A model generated the notes under the pieces. The model saw only the letters and a program-made list of their open reading frames with translations, did not search any database and was not told where the DNA came from. 64,000 nucleotides of DNA, taken from contig NZ_JARZHG010000009.1 of NCBI RefSeq assembly GCF_029946505.1, positions 234,927-298,926 of the forward strand, given 5' to 3'. The DNA comes from Polyangium sp. y55x31. GTDB lineage: Bacteria > Myxococcota_A > Polyangia > Polyangiales > Polyangiaceae. This document shows positions 23,247-33,100 of this stretch, piece after piece (the stretch's first letter is position 1; the number at the start of each line of letters is the position of its first letter). The translations under genes were made by a program, and so were the position numbers.

Positions 23247-24178
23247 CGGAACAGAGCCAGACGCCGAGCGTGGGGATCGTGGGCGGCGGGCCCTGGGGGC
23301 GGGCGCTCGCGACGGCCGCGCGCCGGACGGGCGCCGAGGTGGTGCTGCACTCGCGGCGGGATCAGCCGGACAGCGATCCGGGGCTGCGCGTGACGGTCGA
23401 TTATGCGGAGGTCGCGAGGGCGCGGCTCGTGGTGATCGCGGTGCCGTCGTCGGTCGCGCGGAGCGTGCTCAGGGCGCTCGGTGATCACCTCGGCGGGCAG
23501 CACCTCGTGGTGCACGGGGTGCGCGGGCTCGGGGCCGAGGGGCTCGAGACGGTGAGTGATCTCGTGCGGGAAGAGACGCCCGCGCGGCGGCTCGGCGCGC
23601 TCGGCGGGCCGGTGCAAGCCGGCGAGCTCATCGAGGGGCGGCCGTCGGCGATGGTGATCGGATCGCGTTTCCCCGAGGTGATCACGGCCGTGACGCGGGC
23701 GTTCCAGAGCCCGAGCCTCCGGGTGTACGGGACGAACGATCTGCGCGGGCTCGAGTGGGCGTCGGCGCTCGTCGGATGCCTCTCGATCGGGGTCGGCTAC
23801 GCGGAGGAGGCGGGCGCGGGGCCGGGGCTTCTGGCGGCGCTGATCTCGCGCGGGGTCGACGAGGCGGCGCGGCTCATGGCGGCCGCGGGCTGCGAGGAGC
23901 GGACGATGTTCGGGCTCGGCGGATACGGCGATCTGCTCGCGTCGATCGCCCTCGAAGACAGGCCCGAGGTGGTGCTCGGCAAGGCGCTCGCGCGGAAGGT
24001 GCCGCTCGATCAGGCGATCGCGATGGCGAAGCTCCGGGTGGAGGCGATCCCGCTGATCCCGCGGATCGCGCGGTTCGCCGAGGAGCACCGGGTCACCGCG
24101 GGGACGTTCCGGGCGCTCTCGGACATCCTCGCGGGCGGGCGCCCGCAAGCCATGCTGGATCGCATGTTCGCCGGGTAG
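23243..24178 (+). CDS. gpsA: NAD(P)H-dependent glycerol-3-phosphate dehydrogenase
   Basis: GTG at 23243 overlaps the upstream TGA (GTGA). Rossmann motif VGIVGGGPWG and GpsA-like body (…GTNDLRGLEWASALVG…). Confidence 0.85.
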   Translation: MTEQSQTPSVGIVGGGPWGRALATAARRTGAEVVLHSRRDQPDSDPGLRVTVDYAEVARARLVVIAVPSSVARSVLRALGDHLGGQHLVVHGVRGLGAEGLETVSDLVREETPARRLGALGGPVQAGELIEGRPSAMVIGSRFPEVITAVTRAFQSPSLRVYGTNDLRGLEWASALVGCLSIGVGYAEEAGAGPGLLAALISRGVDEAARLMAAAGCEERTMFGLGGYGDLLASIALEDRPEVVLGKALARKVPLDQAIAMAKLRVEAIPLIPRIARFAEEHRVTAGTFRALSDILAGGRPQAMLDRMFAG

Positions 24179-24264
24179 TCGCGAATCGAGGACGGAAAGC
24201 GTCGAAAACCTGCCGCTACGGTGCGGCGGATCCCGCTTGCACCGATGCACGATCCTGACCGAAC

Positions 24265-25812
24265 ATGAACTCCGTGTCTGCCGCGCAAAGCCTATCCGAC
24301 AACGAGCCGGTGAGCGTCGGCAAGTACAAGCTGATCGCGAACCTCGGCCGCGGGGGAATGGCCGACGTGTTCCTCGCCGTGGTCGCGGGGCCCCTGGGCG
24401 TGAACAAGCTGCAGGTCGTGAAGCGGCTGCGCGCCGAGTTCGCCGAGGATCCCGAGCGCCGGGAGATGTTCCTCGACGAGGCGCGGATCGCGACGCGCCT
24501 GAATCACCCGAACGTGGTGCAGACGTTCGAGGTGCACGCGGAAAAGGGAGTGTACTTCATCACGATGGAGTACCTCGAAGGCGCGCCGCTGAACCGGCTC
24601 ATCAACCGGTCGTCGAAGACGAAGACGCCGGCGCCGCCCGGGGTGCTGCTCAGGATCCTCGCCGACGTGCTCGCAGGGCTGCACTACGCGCACGAGCTCG
24701 CCGATTACGACGGCAAGCCGCTCAACATCGTGCATCGCGACGTGAGCCCGCACAACGTGATCGTCTCGTACGACGGTCAGGCGAAGCTGCTCGATTTCGG
24801 GATCGCGAAGTCCGACGTGCGCATGATGGAGACGCGCACGGGAATCATGAAGGGGAAGCTCGGGTACATGGCCCCCGAGCAGGTGCGCTGCAGGCCGCTC
24901 GATCGGCGCGCCGACGTGTTCGTCGCAGGGATCGTGCTGTGGGAAATCCTCGCCGGCCGCAAGATGTGGGACAAGGCCGCCGACATGGAGGTGCTCCACA
25001 AGCTCGCGACCGGCGATTTGCCGTCGATCGAGTCGGTTCGTCCAGACGTACCTGCCGCGCTCGCGAAGATCTGCGCCAAGGCGCTTTCGTACGATCCGGT
25101 GGATCGATATGCGACCGCCGCGGAGATGCGCGGCGCGATCCTCGACTACCTGGACGGCGCGAAGATCCGCGTGACGCCGGAGGACATCGGCAAATACGTC
25201 ACGGCGGTCTACGCGGACAAACGCACCGAGATCCGGAAGATCATCGAGCGGCAGATCGCGAAGCTCAGGCAGAGCGAGGCGTCGTCGCCGTCGGCAGAGG
25301 ACATGCCCGCGTCGTCGATGCGCGTGATGCGCGTGGATACGGCGCACGGCGGGAGCGAGCCCGGCGTGGGGGCGAACCTGCCGAACCTGCGGAGCATGCC
25401 GCCGTCGATGGAAGGGCCCGACGCAGTCGCGCCGGAGATCCCGCCGCCGCCGAGCCTGCCCGCCCCGACGTCGCTGGAGGCGCCGCCGGTGACGCCGACG
25501 CTCGACCGAAACACGGTGCCGAAGACCGAGCCGCCGGCAGCGAAGACGAAGCAGCTCGCGCCGGTCGAGCCGCCGGCGGAGCTCGCCGAGGCGGGGCCCG
25601 AGTCGTCACGCGGGTCGGACCGCGCTCGCTGGCTCGTGGCGCTCGTCGTGGTGTTCGCGGCGGCCGTGGGCGCGTTCGTGGCGCTCAGGCTGAGGCAAAC
25701 CCACACGTCGCCGGCGCCGCCCGCGGCCGTGGGGACTTCGCAGCACGATGCGAAGCAGCCGAGCTCCGGGCCGGTCACGCCGGCCACGACGACGACGACG
25801 CCGCGGAAGTGA
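24265..25812 (+). CDS. Ser/Thr protein kinase with C-terminal TM segment
   Basis: G-loop GRGGMADVF, VAIK-like VVKRL, catalytic loop HRDVSPHN, DFG, APE. Pro-rich linker and TM (WLVALVVVFAAAVGAFVAL). Confidence 0.9.
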   Translation: MNSVSAAQSLSDNEPVSVGKYKLIANLGRGGMADVFLAVVAGPLGVNKLQVVKRLRAEFAEDPERREMFLDEARIATRLNHPNVVQTFEVHAEKGVYFITMEYLEGAPLNRLINRSSKTKTPAPPGVLLRILADVLAGLHYAHELADYDGKPLNIVHRDVSPHNVIVSYDGQAKLLDFGIAKSDVRMMETRTGIMKGKLGYMAPEQVRCRPLDRRADVFVAGIVLWEILAGRKMWDKAADMEVLHKLATGDLPSIESVRPDVPAALAKICAKALSYDPVDRYATAAEMRGAILDYLDGAKIRVTPEDIGKYVTAVYADKRTEIRKIIERQIAKLRQSEASSPSAEDMPASSMRVMRVDTAHGGSEPGVGANLPNLRSMPPSMEGPDAVAPEIPPPPSLPAPTSLEAPPVTPTLDRNTVPKTEPPAAKTKQLAPVEPPAELAEAGPESSRGSDRARWLVALVVVFAAAVGAFVALRLRQTHTSPAPPAAVGTSQHDAKQPSSGPVTPATTTTTPRK

Positions 25813-25856
25813 AGCGCTTGCCGGGGCAGCGTGCCCGCGCTAGTCGGCGGCTCGAC

Positions 25857-26504
25857 ATGAGCCGATTCTCCCCGCGCGCGCTGATCTTCGACATGGACGG
25901 GCTGCTCGTCGACTCGGAGCCGCTCTGGCACGAGGTGGAGCGCGCGTTCGCCCGCGCACGTGGAGGCGAGTGGACCGACGCGATGGCGCTCGCCTGCACG
26001 GGGCAAGGGATCGGGCGGATCGTGCACATCATGGGGGAGCAGATCGGCTTTCCGGTGGACGAGGCGCGCGACGTGGCGGAGCTCGAAGATCGGTTCCTCG
26101 CGCACGTGGAGAGTCTTTCGCTGAAGCCGTTTGCCCGGGCGTTCCTGGAGGAGGCGCGGGGGCGGCTGCCGATCGGGCTCGCGTCGTCGTCGCCGCGGCG
26201 GCTGATCGATGCGAGTCTGAAAAGGTTTGGCCTGACCGACCATTTCGACGTGACGGTGTCCGGGCAGGAGGTGCCGCGGGCGAAGCCGTGGCCGGATGTG
26301 TATTTGCGCGCGGCGGAGCGGCTGTCGGTCGGGGCCGAGGGGTGCCTCGCGCTGGAAGATTCGAAGAATGGCGTGCGGGCAGCGAAGGCCGCGGGGATGG
26401 CGGTGATCGCGGTGCCCGAGGGGGATGGGGCCGCGTTCGTGGAGCTTGCGGATGTGGTGGTGAGGAGCCTGGAGGAAGCGCGGGCGCTCGTGCGGTTGCC
26501 GTAA
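25857..26504 (+). CDS. HAD-family hydrolase (beta-phosphoglucomutase-like subfamily)
   Basis: Motif I FDMDGLLVDSE, then S/T motif, K motif and EDSxNG (LALEDSKNGVRAAKAAG). Confidence 0.85.
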   Translation: MSRFSPRALIFDMDGLLVDSEPLWHEVERAFARARGGEWTDAMALACTGQGIGRIVHIMGEQIGFPVDEARDVAELEDRFLAHVESLSLKPFARAFLEEARGRLPIGLASSSPRRLIDASLKRFGLTDHFDVTVSGQEVPRAKPWPDVYLRAAERLSVGAEGCLALEDSKNGVRAAKAAGMAVIAVPEGDGAAFVELADVVVRSLEEARALVRLP

Positions 26505-26958
26505 CGCCCGCGCCGGAAGGGGATTCAGCAGGGTGCTGAGAAGCGCAGCGAGCGCCTCGGCTCCCCTGACCTTCGGCCAAGAGTCGACGGTCCGGTGATC
26601 ATTGAAAGAAGCGTGATGCTCCCGCGCGGGCAGGCGACCGGAAGGGGGGAGGCGGAGGCGAGAACGTCAAGGTGAGCCACCGCTGCCAGGGGGCGGATTC
26701 GGGTGATGGCGTGGCACTTGAGGGATGGAATCCCAGGCTACATTTAGGGGTATCAGTTTAGGGCAAGCATCGGGGGCACTTAGCCGATTCCGCCTCCGCT
26801 TTGCGCCTCCGCGTCGTCGGGGGAGTCGCTGCTATCCTAGTTGGACACGCGGCTGGCTTGCCGGATGCGGTTACTCCGGCAATGAGTGACGGTTCTTGCT
26901 TGACGTCATTGGCGTTCCCCTCTCTTTCGACACACGTCCGGGACTGCGAGGACCCGTC

Positions 26959-27150
26959 TCATGACTCATCCTTGAAGAACCTCAATAGCTCGAGAAGTCG
27001 TTCCCTTGGCATCCCGACGCGGAGCTCAAACTCCCAGTCTTCCAGAGCCTGATTGGTCTCCCGTAATGCCGATATGATGATGTCCAGATCGTCGGCGGAC
27101 ATCAGAACGCGAACCGAGCCAGAACCGAGTCGCTCGATTTTTCTATTCAT
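26959..27150 (-). CDS. putative cognate immunity protein of the RHS toxin (63 aa)
   Basis: ATG at 27150 overlaps the TGA of the RHS gene (ATGA). GC is about 52%, versus about 68% for the flanks. Sits immediately 3' of a polymorphic toxin C-terminal domain. No sequence family is recognised. Confidence 0.55.
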   Translation of the reverse strand: MNRKIERLGSGSVRVLMSADDLDIIISALRETNQALEDWEFELRVGMPRERLLELLRFFKDES

Positions 27151-30100
27151 AGCAGATCCTGAAAGTAACGAAGAGCATCCTTCGGGCGGAACATCGTCCC
27201 CTCGTGCCCAGCCTTGGTGATGACTATAGTGCCCGAAGGCTCGTGGAAGAAGGCGGTACGTCCACGTGCCAGATCGCGCACGAGAGTTTCCGACGATGTC
27301 ATCACGCGCTCGGCTCCCGCCGCGTATTCGGCCCGTGACGAGATCAATGCGAATTCTCCACGTGCGACGACATGTTTGTCAAACCCGTGACCACTTCCAA
27401 TGTTGGCAGCCAATGACCTGGCAGCACTTCGCTCCGCAGCAGTAACCGCACGAAACGCGCTGACGCCCGTCCCCGACGCTCCTACCCCCACTGTCGCGGC
27501 CGTCGTCACAGCCTCCAGCCCAAGCGGGATGAGCCGGTTGGCCAGCCTGGCGTAGCAGTCGGCCTTGTTCATCTGGCCACGCGACGTCGCGATGAGGGCG
27601 TTGTGCCGCGCCCGGACGCCGCCGGCGAATGCGCCGAAGCCTGTATAGAAGAGGAAGCCGTTGGTTGCCGAGTCCATCGCGGGGCCGTACGCCCGGCCGT
27701 CGAGGTCAATAAAATTCACCGGGTCATTGCCCGCATAGCCGTACAGGTTGAGTCCGCCATTGAAGCGGCTCGGGTCCTTCGTCGTCCAGCGCCCGAGGGT
27801 CGGGTCGTAGTCGCGGGCGCCGAAGCGGACGAGCCCGGTGTCCTGGTCGAGCAGACCTCCAGCGAAACCGAACGGGTGCGCGTCGTGCGTTCCCGGCGTC
27901 GACAGCGTATCCACAACGAACGTGGCGTTGCCGAACACGTCGAAGTCGATGCGCTGCACGATGTTGCCCGTGGCCAGATCGATGACGAGGCGCGGGCTGC
28001 CCAGGTGATCCTTGAAGACACGGTAGGCGACGTCCTGCTGCTGCGGCCCCGCGTTCGGCTTGACGATTATGTCCGGCGCGCCGCTCGTCGGGTGGACGAA
28101 GATCGAGACGATGTTGCCGCTGCTGTCGACCTCCGCCTCGGGGAGCAAGCCCGTGCCGTAGACCCAGCCGCGCACGAGCTGTCCGCTTCCGTCGAGGCGC
28201 GCGACGCGGCGGCCCTGCGGATCATTGAGGTAGTTGATCGTCTGTCCGCCCGGCAGGGTGACGCGGAGCAGGCCGCCCAGCGCGTCGTAGTTGTAGATGG
28301 TCTGCTGACCACCCACTGTCTTCGACATGAGCTGCCCGTCGTCGTTGTACGCGTACGTGGCCGTACCGTACGAGCCCATGCGGTCCTGCGCGTCGGGCAC
28401 CCCGGTGACCGTTGCGCCGCCCGCAGGGATGAAGCCGGTGCGGTTGCCTGCGGCGTCGTAATCGTAATGATCCGCGACCAGGCTACCATTCTTGAAGACG
28501 TCCTCGAGCTGGCCTCGCAGGTCGTACACGTACTCGTACGTGGTCGTCTGGCCATCGATGATTTCGGTCACTTTCTCGATGCGTCCCGCAGCGTCGTACC
28601 GGTCGTACGAGAAGTGCGCCTTCAGGGTGCCGTTGAAAAAGAGCTTTGACGATGTCAGGGCGCCGAAGTCGGTCTCGTAATCGAGGTCGGTCACCACCTT
28701 GTCCAAGGTCGTGGTGTCGAGCTTTCCGGATGCCGGATCGAGCGACAGCGAAAGCTCCCCAGCATCGGTCTTCACCTCGGTGAGCAGACCATCGTTGTCA
28801 TACTCGTAACCGATGGAGTGGCCGGCGATCGTCTCGGCCTGGATGAGCAGATCGTCGTAATGCGTCCAGCTCACGGTGAACGGGCCGAAGGGCGCGTCGG
28901 TGAGCATGATGCTCGTGGGTAGCGCGCCGTCATAGCCTATGACGAGCTGGGCCTTGTTCGTGCCGCAGGTGCGGGTCAAGGTATGCGGCAGGCCTTCCCC
29001 GTTGTACGTTTCCTCGTCGACGCAGGGCTGGTTCGGCAGCCCGGTGAAAAACGTCGACCGGACGCGGCCGAACGCGTCATATGAGAACTCCACGAAGTCC
29101 CCCGTCGGACGCTCGTAATAATCGAGCATCCCGTTGGGATGGTAGAAGTAGCGCGTCGGCTTGGGGATACTGTTGAGGACCGGAGGCGTGTAGATATCGA
29201 GCAGACCCACGTCGGTGAAGCTCTGCGTGTGAGTCTGCGTCGGCGTCGGCGATAGCGAGAGCAGCTGGCCCATCGCATTTGGGACGAAGGTCACGTTGCT
29301 CAGATCCGGGCGCGTCAGGCTCGTCTGGCGATTCGCGGCGTCGTAGCCGAACGTCGTCCAATGTGTCGTGTCATTGGGCTCCGACGCGGTCGAGAGGCGA
29401 CCCTTGGTGTCGTACGTGAACGAGATTTGCCGCGGCACGGACGCGCCCACGCCAGCGGTGATGGTGGCCGGCTGAGCGGGGTGAAGGTTCGGCAACGGAT
29501 CGTACGTCTGCTCGATGGGCTTACGACCCGGGCCCGCAGTGGAGACGGGGCGACCCCTGTCGTCGAGCTGCATCGTCGCCACGCGGTTCGCCGGCGACAT
29601 CATCGTGATGAGCTTCTTGTCGGACGCGCTCGGGTCGTTCTCGATCCTCCAGGTCGACGTCTTTGTCGAATTCGATGTGCTCCGGGTCGTGGTCTCCAGA
29701 TACGTCAGCGTCGTGAGGTCCCATGCACTGGCATAGCTCGCGCTGCGAGAGCGACTCGTGGTGAGCGTGTGCGAGCCTATCGTGATCGTCTCGTTCGCGA
29801 CGTAGGGCGCCAGCATGCCGAAGCGCGGATCTGGCAGCAACCTGGCCACGCGCGTGCTGAGCACCGTGCCGTTCGGGCCCCGCTCCTCCGTGGTTTGAAC
29901 CCCCTCGGGCGTGACGGTGATCGTGATGGTGGAGCCGTCCGCCGAGACATGCGTGCGCTCGACGGCGCCGCCGCCCTTGGGCTCCACGGTGTGAAGTTCC
30001 TGCTGCGACCTGGTAATGCCGAACGAATCCTCGAACGACGGCCCCGTCCAGGTTACTGTGGTGAGAAAGTCCTGCTTGTCACTGTCGAGCGTCTGTGCCG

Positions 30101-33100
30101 CGAGCAGCGCGTTCTCGTCCTTTTTCAGGCGACCCCAGCCATCGTACTCGAGTGTGGTCGTCTCGTTGAGGGGATTGGTGAACGTATGCAGCAAGCCCTC
30201 GGCGAAGCCACCGAGGTTTGCCCCGACCACGTTCATGGGCGGCGCCACGGCCGGCCAGTACGTCATCTCGAAGCTCTCGGACTTCGGGTTGGTGACCTTC
30301 TGCAGGTAGCCTTGTGCGTCGAGCTCGAAGTGCGTCACCTGGCCGTTGGGCGCGGTAATCGTGCCAGCGGTGTAATCGATCGACGTCACCTGGCCGAACC
30401 CGTCGATCACGTTCTCGAGCCTGTACGTACCAGGGTCGTAGTCGAAGGTATAGACGACGTGACCGGTCAGAGCGTTGTACGTTCGCTGGTGCCGGCCCGC
30501 GAAGTCGAACACGTACAGCTCCTCGCCGCCCTCCGAAGGAACGGTGATGTCGGTGGCAGAAAGGCCGGGCATGAAGGGGGAGATCCGCGCGAGTTGGTAA
30601 TCGCTGCGGCTGCCGACGAAGACATCGCCATTCGGAGCGAACGCAATACCCGTAGGAGTAGAGAAGTAGGCCGCGAGCGCCGCGCCGCCGTCGCCGCAGA
30701 GGGGGGAGCCGCCGAGGCAGGATGCCGGCTGGCTGTTCTCCCAGAACTTGCCTGCGAACGTGGCGATCACGCCATTGTCCTTGGCGATGTCGGCAGAGTT
30801 CGGATCGTTCGGATCGGCCTTCTCGTAGGCGGTGACGAGCGGGGGCTCGATGATGCGGACCACCTTGTTGGTAGAATCGCTGAACAGGAGGCTGCCATCG
30901 CGGGCGAGGGCCATGGCCAGCGGGTGAGCGAGCTTCGCCTGGTTTGCAGGACCGCCGTCCCCGGAGTAACCGGAAGTCGTCGACCCGGCGACCTCGCGCA
31001 GAATGCCATCCGTGCCCACGGCGCTGATGCGATGGTCGTGCGCGATGAACAGCGTCCCGTCCGGCCCCACGAGCAACGCCCTGACGGTTCCGAGCGCGGT
31101 CTGCACGGCCGGCTTGTTGGTGACGGTGCTCAGGCTGCCATTGAGGCCATTGCCGGCGACGGTCCAGATCCTCCCCGCAGGATCGATGTGGCGGATCACG
31201 TCTGCGCCCCCGCCTACGACGTTCGTGGTCGCGACATACACGCTGCCATCCGGGGCGACCGCGAGGGCCCTCGGCGACTCGAGGTGCACCGACGTCGCCG
31301 ACTGGCCTTCATTGGCCGGCAACCAGTTTCCACTGGGACCGCCACCCGCGATGACTTGATGCGTTTGATCGGGGTTGATACGCCACACGCGATCGTTGTT
31401 CAAATCGGCCCCGTACAACGCACCCCCGGGCCCCATCGCCACGTCCATCAGGCCAGTGACACCCGGTGCATACGTGCTGACGATCCCGGCCGGGTCGATG
31501 CGCCGGATCGAATCGGCGGCGCCGCCGCTGATGACGTACAGGGTTCCGTCCGGCGCGCTCGCCACGCGCTCGAAGTCAAGTGAAACCGACGCAGCAGGTT
31601 GGTTCTCGTAGCTCGGATGCCACGCCGCCGAGACGCCATTGCCGGCGTAGCTCTTGAGCTTCCAGAGCGTGCTGTCGGCCTTGCGCCGATCGCCGTTGCC
31701 CAGGTAGAGCGTCTGGCCCTGCACATCGTAGGCGTGGTGCACGTCCAGGCTCCAGCCGCCGATGCGATCGAGCCGGCTGTTCCAGTGGCCGATCTGGGTC
31801 GCGTAGGACCGCCAAAGGATGACAGGTGGCGGCGGGGAGCCCACCACTATACTGCAGGGTCCGCCGCCGCAGGTCTGGCTCGTGTCGCTGCCGCCAAAAT
31901 AGGGCGGCGCGCCCCAAATGCCGGGGTACATGTAGCCGACATTCACCCGGGCATGCTGGGCCCCCTGCAGCAGGCGCCCCATGGAATCATGCCCCGACCA
32001 CGCCACGTCGAAGTTTCCTTCGAAATTGACGCCCAGGTACCAACGCTCGTACAACCCCGCGACGAGGAGTTCCACCACCGTGGCCATCGCCTTCGGGTGT
32101 AGGTTCCTCTTGATCGGGATCCGTAGCGCTGGCAGCCGCCCTGGCACGTTCCCCGAGGAGTATGCGAGCGAGAACGGCGTCCCTACTACGGGGATCTGCT
32201 CACGCACGACCTGATTTTCGCATTCGATGATCGAGCCAAGCTTCTTGCAGGGATCATCGAGGTCGGTCGGCTTGATGTCCTCCGGCCCCGGCGGTTGGGC
32301 GCCCTCCGGCGGGCCGACATTCACGTTCTTGTCGAGGGGTGTGAAGTGCTCCATCCGGGTGCGCCACAGGAACTTGCCAATCGTGTACTGCTTGGCGAGC
32401 TCCCGGAGCTCATAGTCGGCCTCCGGGGCGTTCGGATTCGCCAGCCCAGCAATCGCGATCGGCGAACCGTTCTGGGCCATGCCCGCGGAGAGCACGGCCT
32501 TGCCGTTCACGATGTCCACGATCTGCACCACCTGGGCATTGCTCACCTCGGTGCGATTCGTGTCGGGGTTATAGGCCTCATTGGGCACCCATGTCCCCCG
32601 CTTCTCGTCGTAGTAGCCCACTGGCACCGACATGGGCAGCCCGAAGTCCAGGAAGTTGTCGAGGTAGATGGTGACGGGTTTGCTGAAGACCACCCGCTCG
32701 GCCCCCTGTGCCTCGTCGATCTCGTAGGACGCGCAATATGTATACGCCACGTTCGCCGCGAGGCTGGCAGGCATCGCGGACAGCCTGTTTGCGCCGTCCG
32801 TGTATTCGGTCACCCGCAGGTGAGCATTGCCCTGGATCAGCACCTGCGTGCCGCCGGGCATGTAGGCAACGGCGCTGGTTGCCGGCTGGAAAATCACCAC
32901 CGGCTGCCGCATCCCTCGCTCGTCGACGATCACCTCCCCCTTCGCCGTACTGCCATTCAGCAGATCCACCGGCGCCGATACCTCGCTGCGGGGGAGCATC
33001 TCCACGACGTCCGCGGTGGCGTACTCGTTCCACGCCGTCTTCACCCAGCGCTGCGACGGCAGGTAGCCCGGCATCTCATACGCCAGCGTCAGTTGCTCGC

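Noticed and set aside
26801-27052. 83-aa + strand ORF overlapping the immunity gene
   Set aside because: It is antisense to the better-supported 63-aa ORF that is ATGA-coupled to the toxin. It has no start context and a Ser-rich tail.
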